Source: Eubacteriales bacterium
Lineage (GTDB): Bacteria; Bacillota; Clostridia; Oscillospirales; QAKW01
Length of the DNA: 64,000 bases
Assembly (NCBI GenBank): GCA_045539135.1
Contig: JAZQET010000092.1
Coordinates: forward strand, 1,200 to 65,199
Direction of reading: 5' to 3'
In this document: positions 19,114-28,094 of the stretch, piece after piece
How the letters are laid out: the number at the start of each line of letters is the position of its first letter
Position numbering within the stretch: the stretch's first letter is position 1
The notes under the pieces: model-generated
The model's input: the letters and a program-made list of their open reading frames with translations, nothing else
Databases searched by the model: none
What the model was told of the DNA's origin: nothing
Position numbers and translations under genes: made by a program

Positions 19114-20152
19114 TTTATTCACCAATAAAACCTTACTCATCACCGGTGGGACCGGTTCCTTCGGCAATGCGGTGCTGAACCGCTTTTTACAGACCGACAT
19201 CGGCGAGATCCGCATCTTTTCCCGCGATGAAAAGAAGCAGGATGATATGCGCCATGAATTTCAGGCAAAGATGCCTGAAGTGGCGCACAAGATTAAGTTC
19301 TACATCGGGGATGTGCGAGATCTCTCTTCGGTGAAAAATGCCATGCACGGGGTGGACTACATCTTCCACGCCGCCGCGCTGAAGCAGGTGCCTTCCTGCG
19401 AGTTCTTCCCCATTGAAGCGGTGAAGACCAATGTGATCGGCACCGACAATGTATTGACCGCCGCCATTGAGGCGGGCGTGCAGAAGGTGATCTGCCTTTC
19501 CACCGACAAAGCCGCCTACCCCGTGAATGCCATGGGCACCTCCAAGGCGATGATGGAGAAGGTAGTAGTGGCGAAATCCCGCACCGTTTCTCCCGAAAAG
19601 GCGATGATCTGCTGCACCCGTTACGGCAATGTGATGTGTTCCCGCGGATCGGTCATCCCCCTTTGGATCGATCAGATCAAAGCAGGCAATCCCATCACCA
19701 TTACCGATCCTGCCATGACCCGTTTCATTATGTCTTTGGATGAGGCGGTGGATCTGGTGCTCTTTGCCTTTGAGCACGGCATCAACGGCGATATTCTGGT
19801 GCAAAAGGCGCCTGCCTGCACCATCGAGACCCTTGCCAAGGCGGTGACCGGTCTCTTTGGTCCCGATACCGAGATCAAGACCATCGGTATTCGCCATGGA
19901 GAGAAGCTCTACGAGACGCTGCTCACCAATGAGGAATGTGCGGGTGCGGTGGATATGGGAGACTTTTATCGGGTGCCCAGCGACAACCGCGGCTTAAACT
20001 ACGACAAATACTTCAATCAGGGGGATGCTAAGCGCAACACCCTCACCGAGTTTAATTCCAACAATACCGATCTTCTGGATGTGAAGGCGGTGCAGGAAAA
20101 GCTGCTCTCCCTTGCCTACATTCGCGAAGAACTGGAAAAGATGGGAAAATAA
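19103..20152 (+). CDS. UDP-GlcNAc 4,6-dehydratase/5-epimerase of the CapE/FnlA/WbjB type
   Basis: LLITGGTGSFGNAVLNRFL, IRIFSRDEKKQ, STDKAAYPVNAMGTSKAMMEK. Confidence 0.9.
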   Translation: MENSLFTNKTLLITGGTGSFGNAVLNRFLQTDIGEIRIFSRDEKKQDDMRHEFQAKMPEVAHKIKFYIGDVRDLSSVKNAMHGVDYIFHAAALKQVPSCEFFPIEAVKTNVIGTDNVLTAAIEAGVQKVICLSTDKAAYPVNAMGTSKAMMEKVVVAKSRTVSPEKAMICCTRYGNVMCSRGSVIPLWIDQIKAGNPITITDPAMTRFIMSLDEAVDLVLFAFEHGINGDILVQKAPACTIETLAKAVTGLFGPDTEIKTIGIRHGEKLYETLLTNEECAGAVDMGDFYRVPSDNRGLNYDKYFNQGDAKRNTLTEFNSNNTDLLDVKAVQEKLLSLAYIREELEKMGK

Positions 20153-20155
20153 TCC

Positions 20156-21322
20156 ATGAACATACTGATTACCGGCGCCGCAGGGTTTGTTGGCAAAAAC
20201 CTGACGGCCACCTTGCAAAACATCCGCGACGGCAAAGACCGCACCCGCCCCAACCTGACGGTGGATCAGCTCTATCTCTATGATCTGGGATCCACCGCCG
20301 AAGAGTTGGAACTTGCCTGCAAGAATGCAGACTTTGTGTTCCACCTTGCAGGGGTCAACCGTCCCAAGGATCCCAAAGAATTTATGGAAGGCAACTTTGG
20401 ATTTACCTCCACCCTGCTTTCTACCTTAAAAAAATACGGAAACACCTGCCCTGTGATGCTCTCCTCCTCCATCCAAGCGACCTTGGAAGGACGCTATGCG
20501 GAAGGGGACTACGGCAAGAGCAAACGGGCGGGAGAAGATCTCTTCTTTAATTATAAGGAAGAAACCGGTGCAAAAGTGCTGGTTTACCGCCTGCCAAACC
20601 TCTTCGGGAAATGGTGCAGACCCAACTATAATTCGGCGGTAGCCACCTTCTGCCATAACATTGCAAACGACCTGCCTATCACCGTGAACGACCCTGCCAT
20701 TCAGTTGACGCTGCTCTATGTGGACGACTTGGTGGCAGAGTTATTGGATGCCTTGGAGGGCAAGGAACATCGGGACGGGCCTTTCTGCTACTGCCCCGTT
20801 ACCCATCAGGTGACCTTGGGAGAGATCGTGGAATTGCTGAACCGCTTTGCGGAGCAGCCCAAAACGCTGATCCTTCCCGAAATTCCCGCAGGCTCCTTTG
20901 CCAAAAAACTCTATTCCACCTATCTTTCATATCTGCCCAAGGAGAAGGTCTCCTTCCCCTTGAAAATGAACATTGATCCGCGGGGCAGCTTCACCGAACT
21001 GCTGAAGAGCGAAAAATGCGGGCAGGTTTCGGTCAACATTTCCAAACCGGGCATCACCAAAGGGCAACACTGGCACCACACCAAATGGGAGTTTTTCATT
21101 GTGGTGGCAGGGCACGGGTTGATCCAACTGCGCAAGATCGGCAGTGAGGAAGTGCTGAACTTTGAGGTCTGCGGAGAAAAGATCGAGGCGATCCATATGC
21201 TGCCGGGGTATACCCACAACATCATCAACCTCAGCGAAACCGAGGATCTGGTGACGGTGATGTGGGCCAACGAATCCTTCGACCCCGCTCATCCCGACAC
21301 CTTCTTTGAGGTGGTTCAGTGA
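20156..21322 (+). CDS. CapF/FnlB/WbjC-type reductase-epimerase (Rossmann N-domain plus cupin C-domain)
   Basis: ILITGAAGFVGKNL. C-terminal cupin-like DPRGSFTELLK..GITKGQHWHHTKWEFF. Confidence 0.85.
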   Translation: MNILITGAAGFVGKNLTATLQNIRDGKDRTRPNLTVDQLYLYDLGSTAEELELACKNADFVFHLAGVNRPKDPKEFMEGNFGFTSTLLSTLKKYGNTCPVMLSSSIQATLEGRYAEGDYGKSKRAGEDLFFNYKEETGAKVLVYRLPNLFGKWCRPNYNSAVATFCHNIANDLPITVNDPAIQLTLLYVDDLVAELLDALEGKEHRDGPFCYCPVTHQVTLGEIVELLNRFAEQPKTLILPEIPAGSFAKKLYSTYLSYLPKEKVSFPLKMNIDPRGSFTELLKSEKCGQVSVNISKPGITKGQHWHHTKWEFFIVVAGHGLIQLRKIGSEEVLNFEVCGEKIEAIHMLPGYTHNIINLSETEDLVTVMWANESFDPAHPDTFFEVVQ

Positions 21323-21786
21323 AAAAGAATAAATGGCTATGGATCCTTTCCGCCTTGGTACTTTTGACCACGCTGTTGATCTTCTCCAATTCCTTAAAAG
21401 GCAGTGTGAGCTCCACGGCAGACAGCGATTCCGTGATTTCCCTTCTCAATCCGCTGATCGAATGGATCTTCGGCAAGGATCATCAACTGGATCTGCACTT
21501 TTTGGTGCGGAAAGCCGCTCACCTCGTTGAGTTTGGTGCTTTGGGCTTTTTGGTCACCCTTTTGATCCTTGCTTGGAAGCAGAAAAAAAGCCGCTATTTC
21601 CGCGGCTATGAATTCTTCTATGTATTGGCGGTGGCGGTAGTAGATGAATTTATTCAGTCCTTCACCGGCAGAACCAGCTCCGTAAAAGACGTACTGCTGG
21701 ATTTTTTCGGAGCCCTTCTCGGATTTACCGTTGCATTCCTGATTGCAAAATGCATTACAAAAAAGAAAGTGAATGATAAAAAATGA
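21319..21786 (+). CDS. VanZ-family membrane protein
   Basis: 155 aa. DLHFLVRKAAHLVEFGALGF and DEFIQSFTGRTSSVKDVLLDFFGA. Confidence 0.75.
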   Translation: MKKNKWLWILSALVLLTTLLIFSNSLKGSVSSTADSDSVISLLNPLIEWIFGKDHQLDLHFLVRKAAHLVEFGALGFLVTLLILAWKQKKSRYFRGYEFFYVLAVAVVDEFIQSFTGRTSSVKDVLLDFFGALLGFTVAFLIAKCITKKKVNDKK

Positions 21787-22967
21787 ACATTAAAAAGGAT
21801 TATTCGGACATTCAATTCCAAAATAACGGCAAATTGAAGCTGTTGATCATTGTGGGCACCCGACCGGAGATCATCCGTTTGGCGGCGGTCATCAATAAAT
21901 GCCGTCAGTATTTCGATTGCATTCTTGCCCACACCGGTCAGAATTATGATTATACCCTGAACGGAGTCTTCTTCAAGGATCTGAAGATCGAAGCCCCCGA
22001 AGTCTATATGGATGCGGTGGGTGACGATCTTGGAGAAACGGTGGGGAATATCATCAACTGCTCTTATAAGCTGATGAATGCAATAAAGCCCGATGCCCTT
22101 TTGATCTTGGGCGACACCAACTCCTGCCTTTCCGCCATTGCGGCAAAGCGCCTGCACATCCCCATCTTCCATATGGAAGCAGGCAACCGCTGCAAGGATG
22201 AGTGCTTACCGGAGGAGACCAACCGTCGGATCGTGGACATCATCTCCGATGTGAACCTTGCCTATTCCGAGCACGCAAGACGGTATTTGGCAGACTGCGG
22301 TCTGCCCCGCGAGCGCACCTATGTGACCGGCTCTCCCATGGCGGAGGTCCTTCATAACAATCTGGAGGACATCAAAAAGAGCACCATTTTGGACACCCTG
22401 CAGTTGGAACCCAAAAAATACATTCTGCTCTCTGCCCATCGGGAAGAGAATATCGACACCGAAAAGAACTTTTTATCCCTTTTTAATGCCATTAATAAGA
22501 TCGCAGAGCTTTATGATCTGCCCATCCTCTATTCCTGCCATCCCCGCAGTAAAAAGCGGCTGGCGGAAAGCGGATTTCAACTGGATCCCCGCGTGATCCA
22601 ACACGAGCCTTTGGGCTTCCACGATTATAATCATCTGCAGATGAACGCCTTCGCCGTGATCTCCGACAGCGGCACCCTGCCTGAGGAAAGCAGTTTCTTT
22701 ACCTCGGTGGGCAATCCTTTCCCTGCGGTTTGCATCCGCACCTCCACCGAGCGTCCCGAAGCCTTGGACAAGGGTTGCTTTGTGCTAGCGGGCATTGATG
22801 AGAACTCGCTGACCCAAGCGGTAGAAACCGCCATCGCCTTGAATGAAAACGGTTGCCACGGCATTCCCGTGCCCGACTATGTGGAAGAGACCGTCTCCAC
22901 CAAAGTGGTGAAGATCATCCAAAGCTATACCGGCATCGTCAACAAAATGGTTTGGCGAAAATATTAA
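21783..22967 (+). CDS. UDP-N-acetylglucosamine 2-epimerase, non-hydrolysing (CapG/FnlC type)
   Basis: LLIIVGTRPEIIRLAAV, HMEAGNRC, ISDSGTLPEES. Confidence 0.9.
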   Translation: MNIKKDYSDIQFQNNGKLKLLIIVGTRPEIIRLAAVINKCRQYFDCILAHTGQNYDYTLNGVFFKDLKIEAPEVYMDAVGDDLGETVGNIINCSYKLMNAIKPDALLILGDTNSCLSAIAAKRLHIPIFHMEAGNRCKDECLPEETNRRIVDIISDVNLAYSEHARRYLADCGLPRERTYVTGSPMAEVLHNNLEDIKKSTILDTLQLEPKKYILLSAHREENIDTEKNFLSLFNAINKIAELYDLPILYSCHPRSKKRLAESGFQLDPRVIQHEPLGFHDYNHLQMNAFAVISDSGTLPEESSFFTSVGNPFPAVCIRTSTERPEALDKGCFVLAGIDENSLTQAVETAIALNENGCHGIPVPDYVEETVSTKVVKIIQSYTGIVNKMVWRKY

Positions 22968-22985
22968 ACGATAAGGAGCATTTTT

Positions 22986-24929
22986 ATGCGTTTTGAAAAC
23001 AGACCGCCGCTTAATCCCAAATTGATCTTACGGCAGATCTGCCTGATCCTGTTGGATGTAACCTTTTTCGCGTTTGCCTCTTTGTGCGCACTTTGGTTAC
23101 GGTTGGATTTCAGCTTTGCAAAACTGATGGAAGAAGTGTATTTGATGAATGTCCTTCGGTTGCTTCCCCTTTCTTCCGTACTGGCTGTTTGTATCTATTT
23201 TATCTGCGGATTGTATAACAGTCTGTGGGAATTTGCCGGAGAGCGAGAGACCTATCATATTATCTTAGGAACCTTTTTTGCTTCGACGGCGCATACTCTG
23301 TTACTGTTTTTGTTCCGATTTAATATTCCCCGCAGTTTTGTTTTGTTGCAATTTCTCTTTTTGTTGCTTTTAACATTGATGTCTCGCTTCTCCTATCGGT
23401 TTATCCGTAAACTCAAGGAGCGGAACCAACATCAAAAAAACGATGTTGCCCATCGCACCATGATCATCGGTGCAGGCGATGCAGGCGCGGTGATCGTGCG
23501 GGAGCTGCAACGCAGCAAATATTCCCAAAACCAAGTGGTTTGCTTTATCGACGATGATCTTTCCAAGATCGGGCGGTTTATGTATGGCATTCCGGTTGCC
23601 GGCACCACCGAGCATATTCTTTCTGCGGCGCAGAAATATGAGATCGAAGAGATCATCTTTGCCATCCCCAGCGCTACCGCAGGGGAGCGCAGCCGTATTT
23701 TGGACATCTGCAGCCAGACCTCCTGCCGCCTGCGGGCATTGCCCGGCATCTATCAGCTGGTAAACGGAGAGGTGAGCGTTCAAAAGATTCAGGATGTGCA
23801 GATCGAGGATCTGCTCTCGCGGGATTCCGTGAACCTGAACGGAAAAAAAGAACGGCAGTATTATTACGGTAAAACGGTATTGGTCACCGGAGGAGGCGGC
23901 TCCATCGGCAGTGAGCTTTGCCGCCAGATCGCCCGTTGCCACCCCGAAAAGCTGATTATCTTTGATATTTATGAAAATAATGCCTATGAGATCCAGCAGG
24001 AACTCTCTTATAAATACGGCGACCAATTGGATCTCATTGTAGAGATCGGTTCGGTGCGGGATCGGGAGCGGTTGGAAAGCGTTTTTGCCCGCTACCGTCC
24101 GCAGATCGTGTTCCATGCCGCCGCTCATAAGCACGTGCCCTTGATGGAGCACAGCAACTGCGAAGCCATCAAAAACAACGTGTTCGGCACCGCCAATACA
24201 GCCGATATGGCGGAAAAATACAAAGCCGAGAAGTTTATCCTGATTTCCACCGATAAAGCAGTGAACCCCACCAATATTATGGGCGCCTCCAAGCGTCTTT
24301 GCGAAATGCTGGTTCAATGCCGCACCGACGGAAACACCAGCTTTGCTGCGGTGCGTTTCGGCAATGTGTTGGGCTCCAACGGCAGCGTGATCCCCTTATT
24401 CAAAAAGCAGATCGCCGCAGGCGGCCCCGTGACCATTACCGACAAACGGATCGTACGCTATTTTATGACCATCTCCGAGGCCAGTCAGCTGGTGATGGAG
24501 GCGGGCGCCATGGCGAAAAAAGGCGAACTGTTTGTGTTGGATATGGGCAAACCCGTGCGGATCTATGATCTTGCCGTCAATATGATCCGACTTTCCGGCT
24601 TAAAGCCCAATGTGGACATCCGCATTGAAGAGATCGGACTTCGCCCCGGCGAAAAGCTCTATGAAGAGCTTCTGATGAAAAACGAAGCCTTGGTGAAAAC
24701 CGACAATGACCTGATCTTCATTGAACACGATGCCCCCCTGACCCGCGGGCAGGTGGAGGAAAAAATGCAGATCTTGGCCGCCGCATTGGAAAAAGCGGAA
24801 AGTATGTCGGACTCTCCCCATGTGAAAGAGGCGGTGCGCCGCACCGTTCCTACCTTCTGCGAACCGGAGGAACTGAATAAAACCGCCGAGCAGGCAGAAG
24901 AAATGAAGATGGCACGGTCCGGGTCTTGA
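22986..24929 (+). CDS. Membrane-anchored UDP-GlcNAc 4,6-dehydratase (CapD/PglF/EpsC family)
   Basis: 647 aa. About 4 N-terminal TM segments, VLVTGGGGSIGSEL, STDKAVNPTNIMGASKRLCE. Confidence 0.9.
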   Translation: MRFENRPPLNPKLILRQICLILLDVTFFAFASLCALWLRLDFSFAKLMEEVYLMNVLRLLPLSSVLAVCIYFICGLYNSLWEFAGERETYHIILGTFFASTAHTLLLFLFRFNIPRSFVLLQFLFLLLLTLMSRFSYRFIRKLKERNQHQKNDVAHRTMIIGAGDAGAVIVRELQRSKYSQNQVVCFIDDDLSKIGRFMYGIPVAGTTEHILSAAQKYEIEEIIFAIPSATAGERSRILDICSQTSCRLRALPGIYQLVNGEVSVQKIQDVQIEDLLSRDSVNLNGKKERQYYYGKTVLVTGGGGSIGSELCRQIARCHPEKLIIFDIYENNAYEIQQELSYKYGDQLDLIVEIGSVRDRERLESVFARYRPQIVFHAAAHKHVPLMEHSNCEAIKNNVFGTANTADMAEKYKAEKFILISTDKAVNPTNIMGASKRLCEMLVQCRTDGNTSFAAVRFGNVLGSNGSVIPLFKKQIAAGGPVTITDKRIVRYFMTISEASQLVMEAGAMAKKGELFVLDMGKPVRIYDLAVNMIRLSGLKPNVDIRIEEIGLRPGEKLYEELLMKNEALVKTDNDLIFIEHDAPLTRGQVEEKMQILAAALEKAESMSDSPHVKEAVRRTVPTFCEPEELNKTAEQAEEMKMARSGS

Positions 24930-24960
24930 CCTCTTTTCTGAAATTTTATCAACTTTTAGG

Positions 24961-24989
24961 TTGACTAAAACAAAATCATTTGCTATAAT
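24961..24989 (+). promoter_or_regulatory. Sigma-A promoter of the 3' capsule regulatory operon
   Basis: TTGACT (24961-24966), 17-nt spacer, TATAAT (24984-24989). Confidence 0.65.
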
Positions 24990-25073
24990 TCTTTTAATAG
25001 GGTGGATAGGTGTTTTTATGCCCTTTTTGCCCTTCGAGTCGGATTTTTTATCAAAAACCAATCGGGAGTTATC

Positions 25074-26621
25074 ATGAACGATCATAAAAATATAAACAAT
25101 GATGTTTTTGAAATCGATCTGAAGCGCCTGCTGAATGCCCTTTGGCATAAAGCATGGTTAATTGCCATCGCTGCTGTGGTGGGTGCCGCGCTTCTTTTCG
25201 GTGCAACCAAATATTTTGTTACCCCGCTGTACACCTCGTCCGCTATGTTTTATGTAAACAACAGTGCTCTTTCCTTGGGCGATACTTCTGTCAGCATTTC
25301 CAACAGCGATATTACCGCATCCAAAAACCTGGTGAACACCTATGCGGTCATTTTAAAAACCAGAGCTTGCTTAAACGACGTGATCGATTATGCCAATCTG
25401 GACTATAGTTACGGCACTTTGAAAGGAATGATCTCCGCTTCCTCTGTGAATGAGACCGAGATCTTCCAAGTAAAGGTTACCAGCCCCGATCCTGCAGAAG
25501 CAGAAAAGATCGCCAATGCCATTGCTTATATCCTGCCCAAGCGGATCACCGGCATTGTGGAAGGCACTTCGGCGAAGGTAGTGGATTACGCAGTAGTTCC
25601 CTCCTCTCCCAGTTCTCCCGATTATACGCAAAAAGCCGCTTTGGGCTTTTTGGCAGGCTTGATTCTTTCGGCAGCGGCCATTGTGGTCTATACCCTCTAT
25701 GATGTGACCGTCCGCACCGAAAAAGATATTGAGCAATGTGTAGATTCCCCGATCCTTGCGGCCGTTCCCAATCTTTTAAGCAAATCCAAAGGCGGCTATT
25801 ATCAACAGATGGAAGCCGGCCGTTCCAATCGGAATCGTAAAAAGAAATCCGCTTCTGTTGCTACTCAAAAGGTCGCTACCATCGGAAAGGATATCAGTTT
25901 TGCCGCTTCCGAGGCTTATAAGCTTTTGCGTACCAAGTTGCTCTTCTCCTTTGTCAGCGACAATCGCTGTCCGGTCATTGCTGTTTCCAGCGCCATGGCA
26001 GGAGAGGGTAAGAGTTTAACTTCCGTAAACCTGGCATATTCCCTTTCTCAGCTCAATAAAAAAGTATTGTTGGTGGACTGCGATATGCGCCGTCCCTCCC
26101 TTTTCAATAAGCTTCCCATTCGGAAGGACCCCGGCCTCTCCAACTATTTGACCGGTCAAAACAGTCTGTCGGTTACCATTCAGGAATGTAAGGTGGATGA
26201 GCAGGGCGGCTTTGATGTGATCGCCTCCGGCTGGACTCCTCCCAACCCCATTGAGCTTCTTAGCTCTGCAAAAATGGAACAGACCTTGACCGAACTGAAA
26301 GAGTCCTACGATTATATCATTTTGGATCTTCCCCCCGTGGGTGAAGTCAGCGACGCGATGGCAACTGCCAAATTGGCAGACGGTGTTTTGCTGGTGGTTC
26401 GTCAAGACTATTGCAGCACCAATGCCCTTTCCCACGCAGTTAGTCAATTTAACTTTATCAACTCTCGGATCTTGGGCATTTTGCTGAACTATACCGGCGA
26501 AAATGCTGCAGATGCACAATACAAATACAGTAAGAGATCCCATAAAAAATATTACGCCACTCATTATTATGAAAAGGCGGCCACTGCTCATACCAAAGCA
26601 GCCGACGAGCCAAAGGAATAA
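25074..26621 (+). CDS. Fused Wzz/CpsC chain-length modulator and CpsD-type BY-tyrosine kinase
   Basis: Trimmed to MNDHKNINNDVFEIDLKRLL (GGGAG SD). Two TM segments flank an extracytoplasmic loop. Walker A SSAMAGEGKSLTSVNLA. Tyr-rich tail YKYSKRSHKKYYATHYY. Confidence 0.85.
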   Translation: MNDHKNINNDVFEIDLKRLLNALWHKAWLIAIAAVVGAALLFGATKYFVTPLYTSSAMFYVNNSALSLGDTSVSISNSDITASKNLVNTYAVILKTRACLNDVIDYANLDYSYGTLKGMISASSVNETEIFQVKVTSPDPAEAEKIANAIAYILPKRITGIVEGTSAKVVDYAVVPSSPSSPDYTQKAALGFLAGLILSAAAIVVYTLYDVTVRTEKDIEQCVDSPILAAVPNLLSKSKGGYYQQMEAGRSNRNRKKKSASVATQKVATIGKDISFAASEAYKLLRTKLLFSFVSDNRCPVIAVSSAMAGEGKSLTSVNLAYSLSQLNKKVLLVDCDMRRPSLFNKLPIRKDPGLSNYLTGQNSLSVTIQECKVDEQGGFDVIASGWTPPNPIELLSSAKMEQTLTELKESYDYIILDLPPVGEVSDAMATAKLADGVLLVVRQDYCSTNALSHAVSQFNFINSRILGILLNYTGENAADAQYKYSKRSHKKYYATHYYEKAATAHTKAADEPKE

Positions 26622-26626
26622 CGGCG

Positions 26627-27343
26627 ATGCAAATGATCACAGACTTTCACGCTCATATCCTCCCCGGAATTGATGACGGCAGTAAGTCTATTGAGCAATC
26701 TGTTTTAATGCTTCGGCAAGAGGCGGCGCAAAAAATCGGGCACATTGTTGCGACCCCGCATTTTTACGCCGACCAACAATCTCCCAATAGTTTTTTAGAA
26801 AACCGTATGCAGGCGGAAACCCGCTTGCGTAAGGCAATACGCGAATTTCCCGATCTCCCTTCCCTTTCGGTGGGGGCAGAGGTTTACTTTTTTGATGGGA
26901 TCAGCACTTCCGAGCTCCTTCCCCAATTGACCATCGGCAATACCAATGCAATCTTAATTGAAATGCCTATGTCTGATTGGTCGGAGCGCAATCTGCAGGA
27001 GTTGACCGAGATCTATGAAGACCGTGGATTGATCCCCATCATTGCCCATCTGGATCGGTATATTCGCCCCTTTCACACCAAAGGCCTTCCCGAACGGCTG
27101 GCAGAACTGCCGGTGTTGGTGCAGGCCAATGCAAGTTTCTTTTTGGCACGCAACACCCGCCGCTTAGCCTTTCGCTTGTTGCAGCAGAATAAAATACACT
27201 TGTTGGGTTCGGATTGTCATAATCTTTCCACCCGACCCCCGAATTTAGGTGACGCACTGAATGCCATCCGTCTTCAATTGGGCGACCAAATTATAGAACG
27301 GATCGCAACGCAGGGCAACGACCTGTTTTCCAAAACGGTTTAA
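26627..27343 (+). CDS. cpsB: CpsB/CapC-type PHP-family tyrosine-protein phosphatase
   Basis: MQMITDFHAHILPGIDDGS, TPHFY, GSDCHN. Confidence 0.9.
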   Translation: MQMITDFHAHILPGIDDGSKSIEQSVLMLRQEAAQKIGHIVATPHFYADQQSPNSFLENRMQAETRLRKAIREFPDLPSLSVGAEVYFFDGISTSELLPQLTIGNTNAILIEMPMSDWSERNLQELTEIYEDRGLIPIIAHLDRYIRPFHTKGLPERLAELPVLVQANASFFLARNTRRLAFRLLQQNKIHLLGSDCHNLSTRPPNLGDALNAIRLQLGDQIIERIATQGNDLFSKTV

Positions 27344-27399
27344 TCCATTGCTAAGGCAATGATTAAAAGAATATATTATTTTTTAGGAGATGCAAAAAA

Positions 27400-28062
27400 A
27401 TGAAAAAAATCGTATCTATCGTTATGATCCTTGTGATGGCTTTGACCTGCTCTGTCAGCGCCTTTGCCGCACCCGCCGGCTTTGTTGCAAGCCCCGCTGT
27501 TGATTCTGTGAAGCTGGATTCTTTCGACAATGAAACCGAAAGCTGTGTTGCAGAGATCATCTTGACTCCCTATGCTGAAAAAGGCAAGTTGGATGCTGAA
27601 ACCAAGACTGCTTTGGATGCTGCATACAATGCCATCGTAAACAACGCTGCCGATTACACCAAAGCCTTGGACGCTATTGCCGCTGCTAAAAAGGTTGCCG
27701 CAAACCGTCTGGCTGTAAGCGATCTGTTTGATATCACCGTGAAAGATGATGCAGGTCATGAGCAGCACGGCACCTTCACCGTTACCCTGACTGCCAACAA
27801 TCTGGATAAGTTTGTAGCTCTTCTGCATTGCAACAACGGCGCTTGGACCACCGTTGAAGATGCAAAGGTCGAAGGCAATAAGCTGACCTTCACCTCCGAT
27901 GAGTTCTCTCCCTTCGCCATCGTGGTTGCTACCGGCAGTGCTACCGATTCTCCTGCAACCGGAGACAATTCCAATTTGGCTCTGTGGATCGCTCTGTTGG
28001 CTGTATCTGCCGGCGCTATCGTAGTTCTGGCTGTTTCCGCCAAAAAGAAGGCTGTTCGCTAA
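27400..28062 (+). CDS. Secreted cell-wall-sorted protein (signal peptide plus SPATGD sorting signal)
   Basis: Signal peptide MKKIVSIVMILVMALTCSVSAFA. C-terminus SPATGDNSNLALWIALLAVSAGAIVVLAVSAKKKAVR (motif, hydrophobic helix, basic tail). Confidence 0.75.
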   Translation: MKKIVSIVMILVMALTCSVSAFAAPAGFVASPAVDSVKLDSFDNETESCVAEIILTPYAEKGKLDAETKTALDAAYNAIVNNAADYTKALDAIAAAKKVAANRLAVSDLFDITVKDDAGHEQHGTFTVTLTANNLDKFVALLHCNNGAWTTVEDAKVEGNKLTFTSDEFSPFAIVVATGSATDSPATGDNSNLALWIALLAVSAGAIVVLAVSAKKKAVR

Positions 28063-28094
28063 TTCTGAAAACAGCCCGATAGGATGTGTTTGTG

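Noticed and set aside
19187-24317. Minus-strand ORFs 19187..19897 (236 aa), 21654..22172 (172 aa) and 23370..24317 (315 aa)
   Set aside because: All lie antisense to well-supported cps genes (CapE-, CapG- and CapD-like). They have no SD and no domain signatures.
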